From the human T2T-CHM13v2.0 reference genome, Homo sapiens: DNA of 64,000 nucleotides. Of the stretch, positions 15,399-34,714 are shown one piece after another; position 1 is the stretch's first letter, and each line of letters starts with the position of its first letter. The notes beneath the pieces were generated by a model. That model saw nothing but the letters and a program-made list of their open reading frames with translations, did not search any database and had not been told where the DNA came from. The DNA lies in assembly GCF_009914755.1 (NCBI RefSeq), contig NC_060933.1; one strand, 5' to 3'. The position numbers and the translations under genes are program-made.

Positions 15399-15555
15399 AG
15401 CCAGGCGGGGTGGTGCACTTGCAGTACCAGCTACTCCAGAGACTGAGGCGGAAGGATGGCTTGAGTCAAGGAATTCCAGCCTACAGTGAGCTATGATTGA
15501 GTCACTGTGCTCCATCCTGGGGACAGAGCAAGATCTTGTCTCTAAAAAAATAAAA
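15399..15555 (+). mobile_element. Alu monomer (FRAM or AluJ right arm)
   Basis: Single arm with old diagnostics gagctatgatt and ggatggcttgag; A tail. Confidence 0.8.
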
Positions 15556-18500
15556 TATTTAAGATATTCCCCAGTTTTGCAAAAATCTGTATTTAATATT
15601 TCTTAAATGTATATGAACTCAGCCATTTGGAAAGAAAAGGGACTAGTGTGATCCTGAATCACAGGATCCCTGGAGAAAAAGGGTAAAAGCAAACGGCCAA
15701 TTGATTAAATGATTTTAAAAGATCCTTTAATGATTTATAACTAATGAATTATAGTTCTGTAAAGAGAGAACGGATTATTTGAAATTTAATAGATGAACAA
15801 AGGAAGGATCATTGTCTATAGACCATGAGGTCCTGGAAGACAGAAACCACTTGTTTGATACTTTGTAGCTCTGTCAGCACATGGTAAGTACCTGATAAAT
15901 GTATTTTGACTGATTGAATGATATGTCATTAATATTAGGTATTTAATTATATTTGCCCAATTTATCCAATGTTGAAAGGTGTTCAAGGGTCAATAAAGGA
16001 GCTCATCCACATCTCTAGCTGATAGCAGTACCTATAATAAGCAATTTAAAGCTTGTAAAACAACAGCCACTCAAAATTTAATAAACATTTCTTAAGGGAT
16101 ATGCAACAGAAGCATTTACATCTCTGAAGGAGATACACGTTTAGTTGAGCTTTTTGACAACTGTCCAAGCACTAATCTCCTTGTTCTATACTAAGAGTTT
16201 AGAATGTATTTAAATAAGAAAGATATTATAAATAGCTACTCAACTGTTATTTATTATTTATTTATTTGCATTTGAGAAGGAAAAAAGAATCAGACACTTA
16301 TTTAAAAGTCATCTTATATCAAAAGTAAATATTAGGCACTTCCATCATGTAACAACTTTGACTTTAGAGGTCTTTTTAGTGACAAATATAAAAGCAATTT
16401 TTAAATCATTAGTACCCGGTATACATTCATAGAAAGGAAAATGCTTTCATGCATATAAGTCCTCTCTTGACAAAGTAAAGCTACTAGCTTTAAGCTGACC
16501 CACTTTTCTCTATGCTGTATCAGGTATAAGCAAGCTAAAGAGGATTAAAAAAAAAAAGTAACTTTCAGTATAAAACAGGAATGGAAATGCTCTGCACCTA
16601 AACTCCAATGGGATTTTCCTTTTGTCAAAGGCTGCCCTTCTATAACCTGTTCTGAGTTTATAAAGCATACAAATCTCACTGAGGCTCTTATTACACCTCT
16701 TTAGTTGTTAATTTTAAATAATCTGTACAAAGGCAAGTTTACCAAGGTATATAAAGGGAGCATATTTCTGTGGCCACTGGAGAGTAAGTGAACAAAACTT
16801 TTGTTGGACTAAGAAAAGTAGTTTTACCTGCAATTCTGAAAATTCATTTTATTAACTGATTGGTCAATAATTGTTTTGAGTTTATAGGGTAATAATTTCA
16901 CTGTTGGAAATTATTGGAGGACACATTTCAGCTAACTATTAAAGGTTAAATTCACCAAACAGAAGGATACTAATTAACTGCCTCTTAAGAAATTGACAAG
17001 GCCACTGCAAGTTCTTTTATCCGTTGTCTATAAATCAGAAGGATGCCCTTTAAGGCATTTCCATCAGGATACATGTTGGCACAAAACTCAGGCAAGCAGT
17101 GCTTACAATCAGAAGACTATAATGATAACAAATAAAGGTTATTGTTCTGTTTATACAAGAATGGAGTCAGCTTGGATAATTTTCAAAATTCAAGGATATA
17201 TGGCAAGTTGGTGAGTATTGAGAAAAAAATAGTCTGTTTCATCTTATGCATTTCAAATTGAATGTATTTAGCACCAATTGCTTAATTGCGACTCAAGTTG
17301 CTTAAGGTTTATTAGAATATTGTGTTTCATCTCCTTGAATTGGTGCAGACACAGTCTGGTCCAGGTGTGAGGTCCAATATGATAATTTAAACTCAGTTTA
17401 AAATTGCTTTTACTTTACTCCTGAAATGCAAATGTAATGGAAGTGTTTGAGATCAAGATTCCTATGGGTTGATAGGAATCCTGTTGTTTCCCTCGTTTTT
17501 CATCCAAATATGTCCATATTTTGTATTCTTAGCAATTGTATAAACTAAGATGTCCTTAGGTCAAAAGGGCACATAATTATAGCTTGCTCCCTGCCTCCTT
17601 AGAATTTGAAGTTAATGCACTACCTTATATTAGGCCATAATTTGCTCCTACATTAGCCACAGAACCCAAACTTAAACTCCAGGTTCAAAATATGAAATAT
17701 CTTGTTGTTCTAACATTTGGATAATCTCCACTTTATACATCTCTGGCTCTATAGACTAGGGAACTCTTATAAATGTATGTTTGGAAACTTTTTGTGGGAA
17801 AGCTTAGCCATATAGTAACTCATATCACACAAAGCCCAGGATGCTAGGAACGTTTTTTTTTAAAAAAAATTCAACTCTCCATACCCAGTATCCAGAATAG
17901 GACCTAGCTTATAGTTGGAGCTCAATAAATGCTTGTTGAATGAATACACCTATCAGTTTTTTCTCCATATATTATCTGAGGACTTCTAACACATGCTGGC
18001 AACCTCCCCCTCCCTCAGAAAAAAATTCTAATGAAACAAACTTACAATTGTTTATTCATTCTCTCTTTCTCACACACATTTTCTTTTGCATTACACTAAT
18101 AATGCATATAATTTGAGCTATTTTAAGAGTACCAAATACTATACTAATTATATTAATTTTAAGCATGGTAAATTTACTATTACTGAACTACAAGGAATTT
18201 ACTTGGAAAACCTAGTTCCACAAAATATTTTAATCTGATCCAGCAAAACCTAAGACATATTTTGCAGCATATGCATATCGGTTTATTGTAAATTTAAAAA
18301 TCTATAATTAGGTAAATATATTGCCAGACATGTAAGCATTACGCAAATAGAAAAAGATACGCTAAATCACTGAAAATTGTGGTGGTCTAATATTGGAGTA
18401 ATCTGGGGAAAATACTAATGTTACTTTCACCTTCACTGAACTGGACGTTTTGATAAAAAAGAAAAAAAAAAAAAGCAAGTCAGTAAACCGCTCAGTGATA

Positions 18501-20299
18501 ATCCTCATTGGTAGTAAAAAATGTCAAACTCTTATGAGAAACACAAAATTTTTAAGTCACTCTCAATATAGCTGCAGAATTGAAGAAACTATTTTTTCAT
18601 TAGATTGCTTCAGTATCTACAATTCAGAAATAATTATTTATTTTCTTAAATTAATGGGATATCACCTCCAACAATAGTTTTTCTGCATTTTCTCATTTTA
18701 AATACATCAGTGATATTTCAACTTATCATGATGAGCATCCCAAATAGATAAAACTTCATGGCCAGCAGAGTTAGTACTGTTTTAATAAGGCATCTGACAA
18801 ATAAATATAATTGTAACTGGTGCCTTCTTGATGTCTAGGATCTCTGCCTGGTATACCAATGATGTCTGTGAGGAGAAAACAAAATTTTTAATTTATAAAT
18901 GCATTTTTTTCTCTTTTCTTTCAGGAAAGAAACTGGTTTTCCTGTAAAACTAATACATGTGATTATTAAAGGTAAAAACATAACAAATCAAATAAAAAAG
19001 GATTAATCATTTAAAGAGAAGCTCATATGTTAATGAGCTTGGAGTAGTGTAATGAAATATCAGAAAGATCCTGACATAGTAGTTTTACAATACACAAGAG
19101 CATACAAGAGATCTAGATTTTGTTTAGTGTTTCACTATCTCACTAGAAGTTTATGGGTGCCCATCTTAACTGAGTTCTCTTACTGGAGCAATGGAACAAG
19201 AATTATGCCCACATTGCTTCATTCCAATGTTAAAATCTACATTATCAGAAATGTAGTGTGTGAGTTATTTTTTTTCTTTTAATACACAAAGATTATCTGA
19301 TGGCTGTTTTTGATCAGCTTCTAACCTCAAGAAAAACTATTTTTCACTGGAATCAACTACTGCTATGTATACCCAGTCTCATCCCTCTACATTTCCTTCA
19401 GTCACATAGGGCTCTTTTAGCTGAAAGAAGCTTTGATTCTGAAGTAAGACAAGATAATTATATAATCATGCAATATTTCATAAAATAGCAGTACACTGCA
19501 CTGAATTTCCCATCCCTAAATCCCGCTTGGAAATGGCTGGAAATATGGATCCAGCCACTGAATCACACATTAATGTATCAGCACACAGGAAACTAATAAA
19601 AAAAGTTTAAATGGGTAAATTGAATGTCTACTAAAATTGTGAATTTATGAATGTGTTCTAAAATTTCTATGAACAAAAAATTTTATATGGCTTTTAACAA
19701 CATTATAAATTTTCAACCAGAAAGGAACTTTTTATCTTTCCTTAACTCTTTTGAGGAAGACTCTCAGATTTTATTTCAACCAGTTCTTGGCACCTAGTAG
19801 GTGTTGAATAAATTTTTACTGAATTCATACATAAAATTTTAAATTATTTGTGGGGAGAAAGCATATTATGAAACTCATGAACATAAAGGCATTTAATCTA
19901 AACAAGACTTTGAGCTAATAAAAAGTTTACTTCTTTAGCATACCATGCACTTGGTAGAGATATGAGGTGTGCTTTTTATATATAAAATGTTTGATTATAA
20001 TCAGATGATTCAAAATATAATTTTTATAATATTATGTTAAATTTCATCCACATTTTACATAAGCAATTGAAATATTTACTTGATAGAAGAAATTCCTTGT
20101 TAAGTATTATAATTTTATATGATTGTTCTAAAGGTGAAAATGTGATCATGCATAAAATATATTTAAAATTTACTGATAGTAACACCTTACATTTGTAAAA
20201 TATTGTACAGATTATATAGTGCAATTATGTAATATCTAAATTGATCCTCATAGGGACTTTGAAGTTAAGTGTAAACACTCTCTTTTAATTAGAAAAAAT

Positions 20300-20525
20300 A
20301 AATACCATAGTAGCTTGGATTCTGGGGCCAGGCTTTGGGTTCTGGGGCCAGGCTTACCCAAATTCTGCCATTTACTGTGTGGCCTCAAGCAAATGTCTCA
20401 GTAACCCCCAAATGAATGATGTTAACAACCTCACAATGAACTAGTAGTATGAGAAGAAGTAATATATAAAGTGCTTTGCCTAGTGCCCTTTGTTTGGTAA
20501 ATGTACAATAATGATTTCATTATTA
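20300..20525 (+). mobile_element. MIR containing a 20-bp tandem duplication
   Basis: MIR-like ctgccatttactgtgtggcctcaagc...aaagtgctt; unit repeated at 20316-20355. Confidence 0.55.
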
Positions 20526-21345
20526 GCATCAGTCTTTATAGTGATATTGTTATTAATGAGAGATTGGGCTGTCAATTAAGTGACCGGTTAGGAAGCAACA
20601 GTATTAGAAAAGAGGAAGAGTTCAAACGCAAGGTGATTTGACTTCACAGGTTTATTCCTAGATCAACTCTGTACCAGCTCAGTTAAGTGGAAAACAGATC
20701 CAATGTAAATATTTGCTATCTGAAGGAACCCTTTCAGATTAGTTTTACAAAATAAAAAAGTAAATTTGAATATTTAAAGCTTTTCTTTTATTATAACTCA
20801 GGGTTTATACATACTGAGATTTCTTAAAGTACACTTTTATGCCTTTATTATTGGTGCTAGAAAAGCTATTCTTCAGTGAAAGCTAGATCCTAACTTTTTC
20901 AGCTTAAAAAGCAATTTGGTTGAAATGGTACCTAATTACTCTATTCTCAAAGGAAGAATGACCTTTCAAACGTTTGTTTATCAGCGTCTTGCTTAAGAAC
21001 ATTAATGTTCCTCTTGAACTCAGAAAAATACTCCTATTGAGTGAGAAATAGAGCTTAGAAACAACATTAACAGACTTCTGTAAGAAGAACAGAAAGAAGA
21101 AAAGGCACAAAGTAGAAAAGAAGTACAAAAAAACATAAAGTGAACCAAATTAATATATTCACTCAACAAATAGCTTACACAGAGGTAGCTTTTAGAGGGA
21201 ATGGTGATCCTAACCCTCAAGTGGTTTACCATGCAAAAGCCATTACATATAAAGGATTACTAAAGAAAATAGTAACAGGAGATGAAGTAAATTTACAGAG
21301 GCATAAGAATTATAAGATGCACGGGTCTTATTTAAAGGTTGCTGG

Positions 21346-22417
21346 TGTTAGAGTAGGTAGGCAGCCATGAGCAAGGCAAGAGAGCTCCAATTCACCCCCA
21401 GGAATGTCAGGCAACCATCAGAAGATGGTCAGGCCGTTATCACACTGTCTCTCTAAAATAATAGTTGGTTGTAGACAGTGCCAAAAAAAAAGGCAGTCTC
21501 CCGATACATAGAAAACACGTGAAGCTGGTGGTGATTTTAAGGTCCTCTGAGCTGGCCGCACCATGGTCAAGCCATTATGACATTCCCCCGCCTTTCTGAT
21601 AATGTACTTTGTGATATTCCCATCCTTGTGAATGTATTTTGTAACATTCCTCCCCGCTCTTGTGACAATACACCCTCCCCGCCCTTGTGAATGTACTTTG
21701 TAACATTCTCCCAGCCCTTGAGAATGTACTTTGTAACATCCATCCCCTGCCCGCAAAAAATTGCTCCTGACTCCACCGCCTATGCCAAACCTGTAAGAAC
21801 CAATGATAATCCCACCACCCTTTACTGACTCCTTTCTCAGACTCAGCCCACTTGCGCCCAAGTGAATAAAGAGCCTTGCTGCTCACACTAAGCCTGCTCA
21901 GGCGGTCTCTTATACAGACATGCCTAACAGTGATCAGCAGCTTCCCAAAAAGATCTCAGGAGTTGAGCGAGTGGGCTCAAGCATGCACACTAAGAGGCAA
22001 AATGGCGGGGTTTGACTGGTATCTGACCTACCTCTAGGAACACTGAACAGGTAAGAGAAAAACAGCTCTTGTGAGCATGCATGTAACTTCAGTAAACACA
22101 CTGCACTTGTGGCCCCTCCCAAGTGCTGGCAGGCCACTGAGTATGTGAACAGCCCACTCCAAAGGAAGAACCTGGGGAAAAGAAATGCAAACCTCAGAAC
22201 AAAGACAATATGTAAAAACCCCAAGACAAGAGTCAGATGGAATACTCGGATCTCTCAAGTCACCTACTTGGCCCTCTTCCAAGTATATTTCTTTTTGTTT
22301 CTGCTCTAAAATTTTTTAATAAACTTTCACTCCCGCTGCAAAACTTGCCTCAGTCTCTATCTTATGCCCCTCAGCAGAATTATTTCCATTGAGGAGGCAA
22401 GAATTGAGTTGCTACAG
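21346..22417 (+). mobile_element. ERV1 LTR, MER50-like, split by MER48
   Basis: Starts TGTTAGAGTAGGTAG, resumes GATCAGCAGCTTCCC after the insert; AATAAA near 22318; 3' terminus appears clipped. Confidence 0.78.
21536..21929 (+). mobile_element. Solo LTR MER48 (HERVH48 family)
   Basis: 394 bp, ends TAACA, internal ccttgtgaatgtactttgtaacat repeats; 5-bp TSD GTGAT at 21531-21535 and 21930-21934. Confidence 0.85.
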
Positions 22418-22460
22418 GAGTTACTAAAGATTTTGAGCAAGCAGGTAACAATCTGAGTGG

Positions 22461-23370
22461 TGTGGTGGAAGATACCCTACAAATGTGCTTAATTACCAAA
22501 TACACGTTTTCTATTCCCTGTCCTCTTCTTGTTAACACATGCAAGCACACTTCACATACTTATGTGAAGATAAGTATTGAAAATCCTGATTTCAGGAAAC
22601 AGGTGGGCATGAGTTCAGTTATGGTTATCAAACAAGATGCGATGTTGGCTAGGAAGCTTGTGGGAAGATTTCAGAGAAAAGGCAATAGTAGTGTGAAGAG
22701 ATAGATTCCCTCTGCTCTGACTTCTCCCCTTGTTAAGCATTTTCCCATATGCCCCAAGAATACTCTCCACTGATGCTTGCAGCTACAGCATTTACCCTGA
22801 GATAACTTTGTGAAAATATCTTGCTTTTATTATTATTTACACATTGCTCTAGCATATTCACTTCGGAAACAAAAGACATCATTCTATTTACAGCATTCTA
22901 TTTCTACTAGTGGTATTTTCATTTACAAAAATATAGTGATTCTTGATCGCTGAAAATTTCAAATCCTGGAAAACATAGGATTTCTACTCATGATGCTAAC
23001 ATCATTAGGGAACTGCTATTGGCTGAAGATTCATTGGAAGAATCCGATTTTTCCAAAACAGATGATTCTGATGATTCATATAATTCTGATGTTTGTTCTG
23101 ATTAGAAATAACCCTAAGAGCAGTTTTTATATTGTATTTTCATATTGAAAGTCAGATTTGCTTCTACCTCAAAGAATGTTTATGTAAAAATTAAATGAGT
23201 GCTGATGGTGAGCTGTCCCCTTTTGTTTTTCTAAATGAGAAAGGAGTGAAACCAAAATAGGCAACTATCCAGCTTGAGAATATATGAATATATGAGATTA
23301 TGAATCCTTGTTTAAGCCACACTTAATCAGGTTCTCTAATCCTTATGTTTGAAATTGTGTGTAACTGTTG
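22461..23370 (+). mobile_element. MLT1-type MaLR LTR split by MER75
   Basis: Starts tgtggtgg; 3' part ccttgtttaagccacac typical of old MLT1. Confidence 0.5.
22737..23246 (+). mobile_element. MER75 piggyBac-derived non-autonomous DNA transposon
   Basis: 510 bp colinear with my recall of MER75 (ggaaacaaaagacatcattctattt; gatgattctgatgattc); TTAA at 22733-22736 and TGAA at 23247-23250; degenerate terminal inverted repeats. Confidence 0.85.
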
Positions 23371-23400
23371 CATACTTCATAACTATTATGTTTTATAGGT

Positions 23401-24766
<1,366 letters not shown>

Positions 24767-25149
24767 AGGATCAAGTGATTTTACAATGATTTAAGCAGAG
24801 TAAATAAATAAAAGTTTGAATGAATCTTGTCAGTTGTTCATGAGAGGGGTAATGGAATTAGGAGTGAGAATGTAATATCAGTTGAATTTTTCAAATAATT
24901 GGCTAAACACTAGAAGAGAAGGAAAAGGGAAATATGAAGCTAACACTGACATTCAGAATGTGTCTGACCAAGACAGGTGACATTCCATGATCAGGGACAG
25001 GAAATCAGAAGGGAAAATGGTGACTTTGATACTGGATATAAATTTGAGGTTGGAGCAAAACATTCAGGAGGTTGGAAATTATCAAATACATATCAAGTGG
25101 CAGTTAACAATAGAAGCATTTATGTAAATTCAATAACAGAGTTGAAGTA

Positions 25150-25506
25150 CACTTGGCCCACATGGGTTTGAACTGTGTGAGTTCACATATATGTGGATTT
25201 TTTCCAATAAAAGTTATACCAAGTGTGCCTGCCTCTCCTGCCTACCCTTCCACCTCCCCTTCCTCCTGCACCTCCTCTTCAAGCTACTCAGTGTAAAGAT
25301 GAAGATGAAGAACCCTATCATGATCTACTTCCAGGTTAAAAAAAAAAAAAAAAAAAAAAAAGCAAATATATTTTTTCTTCCACACGATAGTTTTAAGAAG
25401 CATTTTATTTTGTTTAGGTTACTTTATTGTAAGAATATATACTACATAGACTATACAAAATATGTGTTAATCAACTGCTTGTGTTATTGATAAGGCTTTC
25501 AGTCAA
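25150..25506 (+). mobile_element. Tigger2a-like element, 3'-truncated
   Basis: gggtttgaactg...gtggattttttccaataaaagtta.acc.agtgtgcctgcctctcctgcct matches my recall of Tigger2a. Confidence 0.75.
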
Positions 25507-26167
25507 TGTAGACAAAATAGCCTTCTATTGAAAAAGGATGCCATCTAGCACTCTGATGGCAAAAAAGGAGACGTCAATACCTGGCTTCAAAGCTTCAAAG
25601 GACTGGTTTACTCTCTTGTTAAGGGCTAATGCAGCTGGTGACCATAGGTTGAATCCAATGCTGATTTACCATACTGAAAATCCTAGGGCCCTTAATAATT
25701 ATGTTAAATCTACTCTGTCGGTGCTCTAGAAATAAAACAACAAAGACTGGATGACAGCAAAACTTTACCACATGGTTGATGGAATATTTTAAGTTACTTG
25801 TTGAAACCTATTGCTCAGAAGAAAAAAAAAAAAAGATTTCGTTTAAAATACTATTGCTCATTGACAATGCACATAGTAACCTAAAGAGCTCTCTGATGAA
25901 GGTATAAAGGATATCAATGTTTTTATGCCTGCTAACACAATATCCATACTGCAACCCATGAATCAAGTAGTAATTTTGACTCTCAGGTCTTATTGTTAAA
26001 CAAATACATCTTTTAAAGCTGTAGCTGCCATAGATAGTGACTCTTCTGATGGATCTGGGCAAAGTAAATCAAACACCATCTGGAAAGGATTCAGCATTCT
26101 AGATGCCAGTAAGAACATTTGTGATTCATGGGAGGAAGTCAAAATAGCAACATTAAAAGCAGTTCGC

Positions 26168-26428
26168 GGCCAGGTGCACTCGCTCACGTCTGTAATCCCA
26201 ACACTTTGGGAGGCCTAGACGGGAGAATCACTTGAGGTCAGGAGTTTGAGACCAGCTTGAACAACATGGTGAAACTCCATCTGTACTAAAAATACAAAAA
26301 TTAGCTGGGCATGGTGGTGCACACCTATAATTCCAGCTACTCAGGAGGCTGAGGCAAGAGAGCCGAGATTGTGACATAGTACCTCAGCCTGCGCAACAAG
26401 AATGAACTCTGTCTCAAAATAAATCAAT
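26168..26428 (+). mobile_element. AluS with right-arm deletion of about 35 nt
   Basis: TSD taaaagcagtt(c/a)gc; gaggcaagag joined directly to agccgagatt. Confidence 0.9.
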
Positions 26429-26637
26429 AAAAGCAGTTAGCAAGAGATTGAGTCTAACCTTCATGGATGGCTTTGAAGGGTTCAGGAACGCAGTGAAAGA
26501 AGAAACTACAGATGTGGTAGAAATGCAAGAGAACTAGAACTACAAGTGGAGCCTGAAGATGGGACAGCATTGCCAAAATCTCATGATGAAACTTTAACAA
26601 ATGAGAAGTTGCTTCTTAAGGATGAGCAAAGAAAGTG

Positions 26638-26939
<302 letters not shown>

Positions 26940-27518
26940 TTATTGCAGTGGAACCTACTCCTGATGAAGATGCTGTGGATATTGTTGAAATGACAACAAA
27001 ATATTAGAACATTACATAAACCTAGTTAATAAAGCAGTGATAGAGTTTGAGGGGATTGACTCTAATTGTGAAAGAAGTCCTATTGTGGATAAAATTCTAT
27101 CAAACAACATTGTATGCTACATAGAAATCTTTCAGGACAGGAAGAGTCAATCAACGTGGCAAACTTTACTGTTATCTTAAAAAAATGCACCAGCTACTTC
27201 CACCTTCAGCAATTACCACCCTGATCAGTTAGCAGCCATCAGCATTGAGGCAAGACGCTTCATAAGCAAAAAGATTACAACTCACTGAAGGCTCATATAA
27301 TTGTTAGCAGTTTTTAGCAACAAGTTAATTTTTAATGAAGGTATATGCATTTTTTTTAGACATATGCTATTTCACACTTCATAGACCACAGTATAGTATA
27401 AACGTAACTTTTATATTTATGGGAAACCAAAAATTTTGTATCACTCACTTCATAGTGATGTTTGCTTTATGGTGATATACTGGAACTGAACCTGTAATAC
27501 CTCAAAGGTATGCCTGTA

Positions 27519-31378
<3,860 letters not shown>

Positions 31379-31683
31379 AAATATTTGTTTTCTTGGCTAG
31401 TCTGAAAGAAGCAGACAATTTTCATGTTTAAAGTTCTAACATGTTTTATGCTAAACAAATTTTTTCCGTTAAAGAAATATAAATCAATATATTCAAACCT
31501 AGAAAACTACTTATAATAAAGACCTATAATGTATATTGCCACATTAAAACAAACAAAAATCATCTTTTATTGGAAAGATCAACCACATTATCGATTTAAT
31601 AAATAGCCTTATGTTCCACACAAATAAGCTATCTAATGCATCATAATTGCTAAAGTGCTTTGGTACATTTACATAAATCTCAC

Positions 31684-31783
31684 TATTTGAACAATATAAT
31701 TTGAATAATATATTTGAATATTTGAATAATATAGTTGAATATATATTTGAACAATATATTTGAATAATATATTGAACAATATA
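31684..31783. repeat. AT-rich minisatellite, unit about 13 bp (ATTTGAA(C/T)AATAT)
   Basis: About 8 imperfect copies seen directly. Confidence 0.85.
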
Positions 31784-33844
31784 ATACTTTCCTGTTAACA
31801 TATTTAAAGTAATATTTTCCCCTCAAATGCCTTATGAGCTTAAAAAAGATGGAAAAAGGGAAGACCTTTTGCGTATTCTGAAGCCTATAAACATGTAGCT
31901 TAAACTTTTCTGGGATGCCTTACCCCAAAATATCACTGTGGCTAAACCACTATCATCAATAAAAGTCATGCATAAGGTGCATTCCTTTAGTAATAGATAG
32001 TGAACTGGAAAAAAAATCCTTCAATAGTAAGAGCTGGATCTCTCTTATCCTATGCATGAAATGTTAATCACCATTACACTAAGGTGAGAACAAAATCACA
32101 AGATACTAATAATAATAAAGAAAAAAAGTTTGTTTTTTCTTAGTGGAACAATTAATAGAAAATCAGGATTCTTTAACTGAAGATTATTATTTTATATAAG
32201 TAACTACAGCATTAGAAAACATAATCAGGAAGCTGTAAATAAGTAAATTACCAGCTGTCAAAAAAATTATCACTATCAAATTAAATGAGCTTCCCCTAGG
32301 CAAGCTAAGATTGCTTTTGCCTGAAGGCTGGCTCAAAAATGAATCATGAGGGAGACAAGTCATATAAATAAAACAAATTTTAAATTAATTATGTCTGTGT
32401 AGACTAACTTGAAAAATAAATCTTAAAACTCATTGCTAAATCTTTTAACAACTAACTACAATGATTAGGGACTACTGTAAACCAGACTAAATATGCCTCA
32501 ATGAACTCTGATTTGTTTTTAGATTAACATACTTATATAATATTAACTTAGATAGTATACATGTCATTCCTGTAGGTCAGAGTAAGGGATGACTTTCAAC
32601 ATGAAAAGTGGAAGTAAGTTGGTTATTTATAGATATTTAATAAACTACAAGTTAACTATTTATTTCCACTTTGACTAACTACTCAAAAATTGCTTCAAAT
32701 ATGTCTTTAGAGGCCAAATCTACAAGAAATATATTTCTTCTCATCCTGTCAAGTTTACTTTTGTCCTGTATTTACACAGATAGGTCCATAAAAAACTGAA
32801 TGTAAAATACTGATGACAGTTAATTTTGTTTCTTTCATCTTATTTACATTATTTTTGTCCACCCATTGTCCACAGGGAATAAAACAAACGGGCTAAGGGG
32901 TTAGGGGTCTTCTGTGATGATTACAGAGAGAAAAACAAAGAGGATAACTGTCCTGATACAAGGGTGCCTTGAAAGCACATCAGATGCTTTAGCAGTGTCA
33001 AAAAGTCACAGGCTTTTAAAAGTGTTAAAGAAATTTAAAATTAGCCCCTTCTGTCTCACGGAAACCAGAAGAGCTGTGCCTGCCATTGTGGAGCTAGTTA
33101 GCAAGATCAATGTACAGGATACTCCACCATTTTAAGGACTCCTATGAGGCATTTTAGGTATAGAGTCAAAATGTTGATCTCCTGAGGGACTTTCTTCAAT
33201 CCAATTCCAAGGGCTGATCTTGGGGAAAGAAGTTAATATGTTGTATGTAACTTTGGTTCTCTCACAGTGGCTTATGTTTGGATATGATACTTATTTAGCT
33301 GACAATCCATCTAAATGCCCTCTGAGTATCACTGACATGGAGAATGACAAGGATTTAGAAATAATATGTATTTTTAATGGGACCCACACCAACAAGAAGT
33401 GTCAGACCTAAAGAAATCGGTCTTTAAATGGTGGGATCTCCAAAATTGCAGTAATGTACGCTGTTCTATATCCCCTAGACAATATTACATAGCTGCCAAT
33501 GTGTAAAATCAAACTTTTTAAAGCCTGGTGAGGGAGGTAAGCCTTTCTATCAGCTGAGCATTTCAGCCTTGTGTTTCTTCTGCTCATTAACCAAGCTGGT
33601 GTGACAGGTAAGGGAATACAACTCCTAGATGCTATGTTTCCTCTTAATTACAGAGGTTCCAGAAACATTATTTAGTTTATGAGTAATGTTGATGTTACTA
33701 GGAGAAATAATATATAAGTAGAAATGTAGGTAGGGAAGGACAGAGAGAGATAGAAAGAGGCAGACGATTTAGGAAAACTACATTGTGATTGTGATTGCCA
33801 TTAGACCAATACTAACAAACATTATTATTCCAGTAAAGAAAATG

Positions 33845-34166
<322 letters not shown>

Positions 34167-34714
34167 TTATTTTATTGTAATAGCTGACAAAGATTTATCA
34201 TTTTCTCATTTAAATGTAAAGCACTTCACCAACACGTTTTACTTGATCCTGAGATACTGTCGAAATGTTCCCTGATAGGTAGCATATATTTGAATAATGC
34301 AGTCCCACATCATGATCTACTGAGCTTGCTGGGGCTTTGGAAGGCTGGAGGCAGAGATTGGTAAGGAACACTGACTTCAGCCTCTCCCTGCCCCTCATAA
34401 CTTCTCTCCAATGTGAGGAAGTGTCTTCATTGATGTTGAGTTTGGCTGGAGTATCGGCAGAAATTACAGGTCTCTATAACGATTTATTACAGGTCTCTAT
34501 AACTATTTATTTTTAAAGGCTTTTACAGTATAAATTCCTCCAGAATGAGATGAAGCCCCAAATGAACTTTGGTGGAGGTTTAATAAGAATTGCACTTTGC
34601 AGATTTGATATGATTCACCTTTGGTTTAAGGACATAAGCCTAATGATAATTAATTGCTACTGCATATATTGCTGTAATACATAACTTACTTCTGTGAAGT
34701 TTTTATTGAAATAA

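Noticed and set aside
17457-17480. Hairpin GATTCCTAT-N6-ATAGGAATC
   Set aside because: A 9-bp stem is expected by chance in 64 kb and is too short for a pre-miRNA
21418-21886. Repetitive 147-aa and 103-aa minus-strand ORFs
   Set aside because: Antisense translation of the MER48 internal tandem repeats
31684-31783. Repeat array as CRISPR-like
   Set aside because: No unique spacers; a plain AT-rich minisatellite in eukaryotic DNA
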